Source: a bacterium (lineage in GTDB: Bacteria; UBA8248). Taken from it: a DNA stretch of 64,000 nucleotides. The stretch's first letter is position 1, and each line of letters begins with the position of its first letter. Shown piece by piece: positions 56,180 to 64,000 of the stretch. The DNA is taken from NCBI GenBank assembly GCA_965207065.1, contig OZ242260.1:1056001-1120000 (forward strand), given 5' to 3'. The position numbers and the translations under genes were made by a program. The notes beneath the pieces are model-generated. The model saw nothing but the letters and a program-made list of their open reading frames with translations, made no database searches and had not been told where the DNA came from.

Positions 56180-57140
56180 ATAAATCCTCATACACATCGT
56201 CGGGTTCGGGTTCGGGACTTTGCCGCGCGAAGGCGAGCGCATCTTTCAATTCATTTTCCACTGCTTCATCGTGCGCTTTTTTCTCCTCCTCGCTCACGCC
56301 GAGTATCTTCTCCGCCACGAGGAGGGGGTCTTTCGCCTTCCACTCGTTCCACTCCTCCTCCGTGCGGTACGGTCCGAACTGCGGGTCTTTTCTCGAATGA
56401 CCGAAATACCGGTAGGTCTTCGCCTCGACGAGGCTGGGGCCCAGGCCCCTCCTCGCGCGATCCACGGCCTCCACCATCACCTCATGGACCGCCAGCACGT
56501 CCATGCCGTCCACCGTCACGCCGGGTATGTCGTATCCTCCCGCACGCGCGCTGATGTCCGCCACCGAGGTGGCGTACCCCACCCGCGTGCTCGAGGCGAA
56601 GTGGTTGTTCTCGCAAAAGAAGATGACGGGGAGTTTCCATATCGCGGCCAGATTCATCGACTCGTGAAAGCTGCCCTCGTTCGCTGCGCCGTCGCCGAAG
56701 AAGATGACCGCCACCTGGCCCTTGCCCTCGAAATGAAAGGCGAGGCCGATGCCCACTCCCATGGGCATGTTCGAGCCCACGATGGAATGCGCGCCATAGT
56801 GGCCCTTCGACACGTCGGCGATATGCATGGAGCCGCCCTTGGCGTGGCAAAGACCGGTCGCCTTGCCCAGAAGCTCCGCCATCATCTCGGGCAGGCGCGT
56901 TCCCTTGGCGATGGAATGGCCGTGGCCCCGGTGGGTGGTGAGAATCGCATCGTCTTCGCGGAGCGTGCTGCACGCGCCGACCGAGCAGCCCTCCTGCCCG
57001 ATGCTCACGTGGATGCCGCCCACCACCTCGCCTTGTTCGAACAACTCGAACGCCGTCTCCTCGAAGCGGCGTATGCGCAGCATATCGCGGTACATCGTCT
57101 GCATGCGCTCATCACTCAGAGGCGCTTTTTCTTCAGACAA
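56172..57140 (-). CDS. ThDP-dependent E1 alpha subunit, copy 1
   Basis: THRGHGH, GDGAANEG...ENN, TYRYFGHS; TTG start at 57140 after AAGGAG. Confidence 0.9.
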   Translation of the reverse strand: MSEEKAPLSDERMQTMYRDMLRIRRFEETAFELFEQGEVVGGIHVSIGQEGCSVGACSTLREDDAILTTHRGHGHSIAKGTRLPEMMAELLGKATGLCHAKGGSMHIADVSKGHYGAHSIVGSNMPMGVGIGLAFHFEGKGQVAVIFFGDGAANEGSFHESMNLAAIWKLPVIFFCENNHFASSTRVGYATSVADISARAGGYDIPGVTVDGMDVLAVHEVMVEAVDRARRGLGPSLVEAKTYRYFGHSRKDPQFGPYRTEEEWNEWKAKDPLLVAEKILGVSEEEKKAHDEAVENELKDALAFARQSPEPEPDDVYEDLYA

Positions 57141-57223
57141 TAGATGTTCTCCTTGTGCTGGAGGATTAAGTTTTTCATCCGGAGTTTTTAAGATTCTCAC
57201 AAATCAGCCCGTCGGGCCAGCGC

Positions 57224-57631
57224 TCAGCCGGATTTCGCCTTTTCCTCTTCGGCCTGCTCGTCGGCGATGCGCTTGAGGGCGTAGAGGCCTTCCATCAGCA
57301 CGGGCGCGCCGCCGCCGATGCTGGCCACCTCGAACGCCTCGAGCGCCTCTTCCATCGTCGCGCCCAGGCGCAGCGCCTTTTTCGTATGGGTGTAGACCTC
57401 ATGCTTCATGCCCTTGAATGCCAGCAGTCCGATTTCGATGAGTTCACGCGTCTTTGGCTCCAGATGGCGCGGCTTCTCCTTGAAAAACCCCCAGTGCATC
57501 TGCGAGTAAATCTCGAAATAATCCGGGTCCAGTTGCGCGCCGAAGCCGAGCACGTCATACACGAACCCCCTGTCGCCATGAATCTTCTCCGTAATGCGTT
57601 TTACCTTTTCCTCTCTGGTTTCTTCCGCCAT
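57224..57631 (-). CDS. Carboxymuconolactone decarboxylase/AhpD-like protein without CxxC
   Basis: LEPKTRELIEIG and HTKKALRLGATMEE..EA motifs. Confidence 0.85.
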   Translation of the reverse strand: MAEETREEKVKRITEKIHGDRGFVYDVLGFGAQLDPDYFEIYSQMHWGFFKEKPRHLEPKTRELIEIGLLAFKGMKHEVYTHTKKALRLGATMEEALEAFEVASIGGGAPVLMEGLYALKRIADEQAEEEKAKSG

Positions 57632-57657
57632 TTTCTTCTCCTTATGGGAACAAGATA

Positions 57658-57693
57658 AAGGCGGAGGCCTCCGAGTCAGGAAACCCCCGCCTT
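57658..57693. terminator. Intergenic hairpin
   Basis: AAGGCGG...CCGCCTT stem flanked by A tracts. Confidence 0.45.
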
Positions 57694-57704
57694 AAAAAGC
57701 AGTC

Positions 57705-58880
57705 CTACGCCGTACCGAACCTGTCCATCCACCAGTCCGCGATCCACTCGCCGCACATCGGGAGGTTGTCGAACACGCAGTGCTGGCTGCCGCCGTCCTC
57801 GACGGTGAATATCTTGAGCTCTTTTTCCTTCGAGCCGCACGCCTCATAGAGCCTGTGGGCCATATCGACCGGCACGATGTTGTCGTCCTGCCCGTGTGTG
57901 ATGCAGATGGGCATGCGTATCTTCTCGGCGACGCCCGCCAGTGTGTAGGCCCTGCATTTTTCCATCGCGGTATCCATGTCCGGTGTCCCAAGCACCCATG
58001 GCAGTTGCCAGATGGCCGAAGAGGAGATGGTGCCGCCGCTTTCCAGCACCTTTCTCCTGTGCTCCCAGACCTCGTGGTAGTCGAAATGCGCCCCCCATGT
58101 GAGGCACGCCGCGTAGCGGTGCTCGAAGGCGGCGATGCGCGGCGCGTAATATCCGCCCATGCTCATGGCCATCAAGCCGATGCGAGCAGAATCCACCTCG
58201 GGACGCGCGTCCAGAAAATCGAACGCAGCGGACCCCGCCACCTCGTAATCGAATCGGCTCGGTATCTTGCGCAGCCTGAGCGTCTCGCCCTGTCCGGGGC
58301 CGTCCACGCAGAGCACCCCGACGCCGCGCTCTATCAAGGCGAGCGCGCCCCACAAGACGGTAATCTCTTTCGAGCCGTCCAGCCCGTCGAAAAAGGCGAC
58401 GTAAGGGTCATTGCCCGTCGGATTTTTCGGCGGAAGGAGGTACGCCGCCAGAGGACCTTCCTCGTAGGGTACGTCCACACGCTCGAATCCGGGCACGCGG
58501 TATTTCATCCCCTTCTCGTAATGGGGCAGGAGTTTTCCGTAGGATTCGGACTTTCTCGGGTCGTCGGGATGGACGAAGCGCTCGCTCGCGTAGCGGTAAA
58601 TCGCGCTCCGCACGTAGGCCGCCATGGCGGTACGCGTGTGGCCCTTTCGCTCCTCGTTTTCCGCGCGGGCCAGCGTCTTGTCAGACATCCAGGACCAGGC
58701 ATCGTGCCATGCCTCGGCGTCGCCGGAGCGTCCGCTCAGGCGTTTTCCGATCTGATCGAGTTCGTGGAAGTTCGAGCCCCCCATCGGGGAGATGTTGATT
58801 TGCCCGCTCATCAACTGCGACCACAGGTAGTGGTCCGGAAAATACCGAAACCACGAGCCGATAATATTCTCCGCCGCCAT
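57705..58880 (-). CDS. FrsA/DHPON-hydrolase-like alpha/beta hydrolase, paralog 3
   Basis: FFDGLD, DGPGQGE, AMSMGGYYAPR and GSQHC motifs; AAGGAGG RBS. Confidence 0.9.
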   Translation of the reverse strand: MAAENIIGSWFRYFPDHYLWSQLMSGQINISPMGGSNFHELDQIGKRLSGRSGDAEAWHDAWSWMSDKTLARAENEERKGHTRTAMAAYVRSAIYRYASERFVHPDDPRKSESYGKLLPHYEKGMKYRVPGFERVDVPYEEGPLAAYLLPPKNPTGNDPYVAFFDGLDGSKEITVLWGALALIERGVGVLCVDGPGQGETLRLRKIPSRFDYEVAGSAAFDFLDARPEVDSARIGLMAMSMGGYYAPRIAAFEHRYAACLTWGAHFDYHEVWEHRRKVLESGGTISSSAIWQLPWVLGTPDMDTAMEKCRAYTLAGVAEKIRMPICITHGQDDNIVPVDMAHRLYEACGSKEKELKIFTVEDGGSQHCVFDNLPMCGEWIADWWMDRFGTA

Positions 58881-58990
58881 GAAAACCCTCCTTTGATTCA
58901 TTTGTAATCATGAATTGTGTGTGCTGGAACCATACACGCAACGCCCGCGCGCTCACAAGGAAACTTTGTGGCGGAGCACCCGCCCAAGCT

Positions 58991-59020
58991 TTGACGCTTG
59001 ATTCGCAACCATGATAAATT
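58991..59020 (+). promoter_or_regulatory. Sigma70-like promoter of SBP copy 1
   Basis: TTGACG-N18-TAAATT with TG; equivalent TTGACG-N18-TAGATT at 60997-61026 before copy 2. Confidence 0.5.
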
Positions 59021-59130
59021 TTGATTTACAAGAGCAGATAAATAAAATTCTAAGTGATTGAAAAGATGAGTTTTCATCTTCACCGGAGTAGGTTGATAAA
59101 CCTGTTCAATTCCTTAAAGGAGGAAAACGA

Positions 59131-60660
59131 ATGCGGAAGTTTCTCGTAATCATGGCCGTCTTCGCCATTCTGGCGGTGGGCGCGCCCCTGACGGCGCATG
59201 CGAAAAGCACCGTCACCATCGCCCTCTCGGGCGAACCACCGACAATGGACCCGCACCGCGTCTCGAACTTCGTCGGCGCGATGGTCTGGCGTTGGAGCTA
59301 CGACACCCTTCTTCACGCCGAGACCGGAACGGGCGCGAAAAAGCCCTGGCTCGCCACGAAGTGGGTGCAACTCTCTCCCCTGAAATGGAAGTTCAGCCTG
59401 AGAAAGGGCGTCAAGTTCTCGGATGGCTCGCCCTTCACGGCGGAGAGCTTCAAGTACACCATAAGCCGTGTCCAGAAGTCCGCGCGGCAGAGACAGTACT
59501 TCAAGAACATCGATAAGATCGAAGTCATCGACGACCACACCTTCATCTATCACAACAAAGAACCCGACGGCGGCATGTGGAACCGTCTGACCCGCTGGGC
59601 CGGCCCCATCAGCCTGAAGACCAAGGGCATGGAACTCGCCCACATCTCGCGCAACACCTACGGCACGGGTCCCTACATTCTGAAATCCTGGACCAAGGGC
59701 CAGAAGATGGTGTTCGATGCGAACCCGAACTGGTGGAACAACAAGAACTTCCCGAAACGGCCGCAGCGCATCGTCCTCCGCCGCATCCGCGAGAGCGCCA
59801 CGCGCGCCAAGGCGCTTCAGGCGGGCGAGATCGACGTGGCCTGGGGCATCATGCCGCAATTCATCCCCCAACTCGAGAAAAACCCGAAGACGAAAGTCGC
59901 CGTCGTCCCCGCCGTGCGCATCATGCACATGGGCTTCTTCACGAAACACGGCGGCCCGATGGCCAACGTGAAGGTGCGTAGAGCAATCAACTACGCCATC
60001 GACGCGGAAGCGATTCGCACGACCATCCTGGGCGGACGCGCCGACCTCTTCGGCCAGATGCTCCACCCGTGGAACTACTCGGGCTACAACCCGAAGAAAA
60101 AATGGTACGGCTACGACCAGGCCAAGGCGAAAGCCCTCCTGAAGGAAGCCGGCTACGAAAAGGGCTTCAAAATGGAAGTCATCGCCACGAACGGCCGCTA
60201 CCCGGGCGACAAGGCCACTTGTGAGGCCATCGCCGGCATGGTCAAGAAAGTCGGCGTGGACGCTACGTGTAACTCCCAGCGCTTCCCGCTCTTCAAGAAG
60301 CTGCACCGCGCCTACAAGGCCGGCAAGAAAAAAGGCGCCGCCGCCTACTACATGGGCTTCGGCAACGGCCAGGGCGACTCCACTTCCGTGCTTCGCGGAA
60401 CGTCGAGCTGCAAGGGCCCCTGGAGCGGCATGTGCTATCCGGAGCTGGATAAGGCGATCGACGCGGCCACGGCCACCGTCGACCCGAAAAAACAGCAGAT
60501 GGCGTTCGAAGGTGTAACCGACTTGATGAAAAAACTGGTCACGCACAAGATCGTCGTGAAGATCCACGACGTGCTCGGCCATGGCTCGAACCTGAAATGG
60601 ATCCCGCGCCACGACGAAACACTCCTCCCCTGGGAAATCGGAGTGCTCGGCATGAACTAA
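59131..60660 (+). CDS. Family 5 (Dpp/Opp) solute-binding protein, copy 1
   Basis: LRKGVKFSDG, GTGPY, VRRAINYAID and YDQAKAKALLKEAG motifs. Confidence 0.93.
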   Translation: MRKFLVIMAVFAILAVGAPLTAHAKSTVTIALSGEPPTMDPHRVSNFVGAMVWRWSYDTLLHAETGTGAKKPWLATKWVQLSPLKWKFSLRKGVKFSDGSPFTAESFKYTISRVQKSARQRQYFKNIDKIEVIDDHTFIYHNKEPDGGMWNRLTRWAGPISLKTKGMELAHISRNTYGTGPYILKSWTKGQKMVFDANPNWWNNKNFPKRPQRIVLRRIRESATRAKALQAGEIDVAWGIMPQFIPQLEKNPKTKVAVVPAVRIMHMGFFTKHGGPMANVKVRRAINYAIDAEAIRTTILGGRADLFGQMLHPWNYSGYNPKKKWYGYDQAKAKALLKEAGYEKGFKMEVIATNGRYPGDKATCEAIAGMVKKVGVDATCNSQRFPLFKKLHRAYKAGKKKGAAAYYMGFGNGQGDSTSVLRGTSSCKGPWSGMCYPELDKAIDAATATVDPKKQQMAFEGVTDLMKKLVTHKIVVKIHDVLGHGSNLKWIPRHDETLLPWEIGVLGMN

Positions 60661-60684
60661 GCGGGCTTTTTTCGCTTCACCACG

Positions 60685-60722
60685 CCGCGGGGGGTGGCTC
60701 GACGCCCCCCGCGGTTTTTTTT
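60685..60722 (+). terminator. Intrinsic terminator
   Basis: CCGCGGGGGG...CCCCCCGCGG followed by T8. Confidence 0.85.
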
Positions 60723-60761
60723 CTAACCTTCACGGATAAAACGCATTATAGAGGTTCAAAT

Positions 60762-60795
60762 ATGAAATTCGGCATCTTTCTGTCCGCTCAGCAAC
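60762..60795 (+). pseudogene. 5' fragment of the LLM gene
   Basis: MKFGIFLSAQQ, same as the start of 62772-63779, then diverges. Confidence 0.8.
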
Positions 60796-60857
60796 TGCGG
60801 CCAAAGATAGCGCTCCCCGTAATTCCAAAACCACGAGCCGATTACGTTCTCCACCAT
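60781..60857 (-). pseudogene. 5' fragment of a hydrolase paralog
   Basis: MVENVIGSWFWNYGERYLWPQLLSGQ vs MAAENIIGSWFRYFPDHYLWSQLMSGQ; GGAGG RBS retained. Confidence 0.78.
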
Positions 60858-61142
60858 GAAGCCTCCTCCTCGTGGAAACGTCGGACGCATTCATACATTT
60901 CGCGGTGCGGGGAAGATGCACACGATGTCCCCGCTTTCACAACGAAACACCTCACGCTCACCCGAAACCCCGGCGGCGATAAGTCGTTCCCTTGCTTTGA
61001 CGCTCTATTTGCATCCGTGATAGATTCCTTTAATACAATACAAAGGAAAATAAACGACTCGACACTCTCTGGACTTTCAGAGGTTTTTGCATCTTCACTG
61101 GAGTAGGTTTTTGTAACCTGTCCTTCTAAAGGAGGAAAGACC

Positions 61143-62672
61143 ATGCGCAAGTTTCTCGTAATTCTGGCCGTCTTCGCCATTCTGGCAGTAGGCGCGCCCC
61201 TGACGGCTCATGCGAAAAGCACCGTCACCATCGCCCTGACGGGCGAACCACCGACGATGGACCCGCACCGCGTCTCGAACTTCATCGGCGCGATGGTCTG
61301 GCGTTGGAGTTATGACACCCTTATTCACGCCGAGACCGGAACGGGCGCAAAAAAGCCCTGGCTCGCCACGAAGTGGGTGAAAGTATCCCCCAAGAGCGCG
61401 AAATTCCATCTGAGAAAGGGTGTGAAATTCTCGGACGGCACGCGCCTGACGGCGGAAAACTTCAAGTACACGATGACCCGTGTCTTGAAATCCGCGCGCC
61501 AAAAGCAGTACTTCAAAAACTTCGATAAAATCGAAATTCTCGACGACAACACCTTCATCTACCATAACAAACAGCCCGACAGCGGTATGTGGAACCGTCT
61601 GACCCGCTGGGCCGGCTCCATCAGCCTGAAGACCAAGGGTATGGAACTCGCCCACATCTCGCGCAACACCTACGGCACGGGCCCCTACGTCCTCAAATCC
61701 TGGACGAAGGGTCAGAAGATGGTATTCGATGCGAACCCGAACTGGTGGAACAACAAGAACTTCCCGAAACGGCCGCAGCGCATCGTCCTCCGCCGCATCC
61801 GCGAGAGCGCTACGCGCGCCAAGGCGCTCCAGGCGGGCGAGATCGACGTGGCCTGGGGCATCATGCCGCAGTTCATCCCCCAGCTCGAGAAAAACCCCAA
61901 AACGGCAGTCGCCGTCGTCCCCGCCGTGCGCATCATGCACATGGGATTTTTCACGGGACACGGTGGCCCGATGGCCAACGCGAAGGTGCGCCAGGCAATC
62001 AACTACGCCATCGACGCGGAAGCGATTCGGACGACCATCCTGGGCGGACGCGCGGACCTCTTCGGTCAGATGCTTCACCCCTGGAACTACTCGGGCTACA
62101 ACCCGAAGAAAAAATGGTACGGCTACGACCAGGCCAAGGCGAAAGCCCTCCTGAAGGAAGCCGGCTACGAAAAGGGCTTCAAGATGGAACTCGTCGCCAC
62201 GAACGGCCGCTACCCGGGCGACAAGGCCACTTGCGAGGCCATCGCCGGCATGGTCAAGAAAGTCGGCGTGAACGCCACATGTAACTCTCAGCGGTTCCCG
62301 CTCTTCAAGAAGCTGCACCGCGCCTACAAAGCCGGCAAGAAAAAAGGCGCCGCCGCCTATTACATGGGATTCGGCAACGGCGGGGGCGATTCCTCCGGCG
62401 TGCTTCGCGGAACGTCAAGCTGCAAAGGCGCCTGGAGCGGCATGTGCTTCAAGGAGTTGGACGCTCTGATCGACAAGGCCAATGCCACCGTCGATGAGAA
62501 AAAACAGCAGATGGCATTTGAAGCAGTGACCGACAAGATGAAAGAACTGGCCACGCACAAAATCGTCGTGAAGATCCACGACGTGCTCGGCCACCGGGCG
62601 AACCTCAAGTGGACCCCGCGCCACGACGAGACGCTTCTCCCCTGGGAGATCGAAGTGCTCGGCATGAACTAA
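61143..62672 (+). CDS. Family 5 solute-binding protein, copy 2
   Basis: 509 aa, colinear and highly similar to 59131-60660. Confidence 0.93.
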   Translation: MRKFLVILAVFAILAVGAPLTAHAKSTVTIALTGEPPTMDPHRVSNFIGAMVWRWSYDTLIHAETGTGAKKPWLATKWVKVSPKSAKFHLRKGVKFSDGTRLTAENFKYTMTRVLKSARQKQYFKNFDKIEILDDNTFIYHNKQPDSGMWNRLTRWAGSISLKTKGMELAHISRNTYGTGPYVLKSWTKGQKMVFDANPNWWNNKNFPKRPQRIVLRRIRESATRAKALQAGEIDVAWGIMPQFIPQLEKNPKTAVAVVPAVRIMHMGFFTGHGGPMANAKVRQAINYAIDAEAIRTTILGGRADLFGQMLHPWNYSGYNPKKKWYGYDQAKAKALLKEAGYEKGFKMELVATNGRYPGDKATCEAIAGMVKKVGVNATCNSQRFPLFKKLHRAYKAGKKKGAAAYYMGFGNGGGDSSGVLRGTSSCKGAWSGMCFKELDALIDKANATVDEKKQQMAFEAVTDKMKELATHKIVVKIHDVLGHRANLKWTPRHDETLLPWEIEVLGMN

Positions 62673-62696
62673 AGCGGGTGTTTTCGCTGCATCACG

Positions 62697-62733
62697 CCGC
62701 GGGGGGCGGACTGGCGCCCCCCGCGGTTTTTTT
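62697..62733 (+). terminator. Intrinsic terminator
   Basis: CCGCGGGGGGCG...CGCCCCCCGCGG followed by T7. Confidence 0.85.
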
Positions 62734-62771
62734 ACACCTTCACGGATAAAACGCTTACTTGAGGTTCAGAC

Positions 62772-63779
62772 ATGAAATTCGGCATCTTTCTGTCCGCACA
62801 GCAGACCCTGGACGCCAATCTTGTCGATGCGTTCCGCTCTCAAATCGATCTGGTTCGCCTGACGCGAGACAAGGGTTGGGATTCTTTCTTCACCGGCCAG
62901 CACTACCTGAGCGAGGGGAACGTGCAGCACCTGCAAAACCTGCCCTTTCTTGCTCGCCTGAAGGCAGAGGCAGGCGACATGATGCTCGGCATCGGCGTGT
63001 TGCTCATCAATCTGCATAATCCGGTCTACGTGGCGGAGACCGTCGCCACCATGGACGTGATCGCCGAGGGCAACATGGCCTTCGGCGTCGGCCTCGGCTA
63101 CCGCGACGTGGAGTTCGACGCCTTCGGCGTCCGGCGGGGCGAGCGGGTGAAGCGCTTCGTGGACTGCCTCGAACTGGTGAAGCGCTTGTGGACGGAAGAA
63201 TCCGTATCGTTTGAGAGCGAATACTGCACACTCGATAACGTGCGCATGAACATGCGCCCCGTGCAGAAGCCTCATCCGCCCATCTGGTTCGCAGCGAACA
63301 ACGACCCGGCCGTGAAGCGCGCCGCGCACATGGGCGATACGCTCTTCATTAACCCCCACGCCACCACGGCTACCATCGCTCGCCAGATGGACGTCTACCG
63401 CGAAGGCCTGGCGGAGGCGGGCAAACCCATGCCTGAGGAGCTCCCCTGCATGAAGGAGGTCTTCTGCGCGAAGGACAGGAAAACGGCGCTCGAACTCGCC
63501 GGCCCCTACCTTGGTCAGAAATACAGGGACTACGCCCGCTGGGGGCAGGACAAGGCCCTGCCCGGGGATGAGACCTTCGATCAGCCCTTCGAGGACTTGC
63601 TCAAGGACCGCTTCGTCATCGGCTCACCGGAGGATTGCTACGAGCAACTCAAACCCTACAAGGACATGGGTGTGAACCACCTCATCTTCCGCACGCACTG
63701 GATCGGCATGCCTGCCTCCTCGGCGCTTGAGAGCGCGCGGCTCATCTCCGATGAACTCATGCCCGCTCTGAAGGCATAG
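62772..63779 (+). CDS. LLM-class flavin-dependent oxidoreductase
   Basis: GQHY, HNPVYVAE, GVGLGYR, PVQKPHPPIW and IGSPEDC motifs. Confidence 0.92.
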   Translation: MKFGIFLSAQQTLDANLVDAFRSQIDLVRLTRDKGWDSFFTGQHYLSEGNVQHLQNLPFLARLKAEAGDMMLGIGVLLINLHNPVYVAETVATMDVIAEGNMAFGVGLGYRDVEFDAFGVRRGERVKRFVDCLELVKRLWTEESVSFESEYCTLDNVRMNMRPVQKPHPPIWFAANNDPAVKRAAHMGDTLFINPHATTATIARQMDVYREGLAEAGKPMPEELPCMKEVFCAKDRKTALELAGPYLGQKYRDYARWGQDKALPGDETFDQPFEDLLKDRFVIGSPEDCYEQLKPYKDMGVNHLIFRTHWIGMPASSALESARLISDELMPALKA

Positions 63780-63799
63780 AACACCAGGGAGACACTACA

Positions 63800-64000
63800 A
63801 TGGCTTCTGCAAAAGATTTTCCCCGCTACCCGAAAACCGAATACACGCGCCGCTACCGCGAAATCAGAAAAAGGATGCGCGCGCGGGGAATCGACGTCCT
63901 CATCTTCTATGGGGATTCGGGGATGCAGGGCGGCAACCAGGCCAACCTCAAATACGTCACGAACTACAAGGACCCGGTGAGCAGTTTCTTCGTCTTTCCG
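63800..64000 (+). CDS. M24 (creatinase/aminopeptidase P N-domain) protein, 3'-truncated by the window edge
   Basis: EYTRRYREIRKRM..RGIDVLI..G......ANLKYVTNY; GGAG RBS. Confidence 0.7.
   Translation, partial: MASAKDFPRYPKTEYTRRYREIRKRMRARGIDVLIFYGDSGMQGGNQANLKYVTNYKDPVSSFFVFP

Noticed and set aside
59131-62672. Diversity-generating retroelement template/variable pair
   Set aside because: Differences are not adenine-specific and there is no reverse transcriptase
1-64000. tRNA, rRNA or known riboswitches
   Set aside because: None recognised by eye; a covariance-model scan would be needed to exclude them

Overview
A 64-kb window from a high-GC bacterial chromosome. It is dominated by catabolic and uptake genes: ABC transporters (taurine, carbohydrate-type, peptide-type), CoA-dependent enzymes, three FrsA/DHPON-like alpha/beta hydrolases, two tandem E1alpha/E1beta pairs, FAH, LLM, cupin and VOC proteins. 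An ankyrin lipoprotein, taurine uptake and the paralog-rich catabolism suggest a marine invertebrate (sponge-type) symbiont; this is inference only. I found no rRNA, tRNA, CRISPR array, transposase or integrase. Signals the ORF track does not show: (1) a stand-alone PrdB-like selenoprotein (UxxC, in-frame UGA plus SECIS-like hairpin) split into two ORFs; (2) a ~13-kb AT-richer block (GAF/dead-GGDEF-mreB ... thiol dioxygenase) bracketed by inverted arrays of 10-bp-period repeats; (3) several small repeat families (GTAG REPs and two MITE-like end types) that delimit single passenger genes; (4) a 92-bp direct repeat flanking a toxin-antitoxin + tauABC block; (5) an amidohydrolase-fold oxygenase candidate coupled to a Rieske ferredoxin; (6) a 2-kb tandem duplication of a solute-binding protein gene whose microhomology junction is still readable. 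All family calls come from recalled motifs, not database searches.
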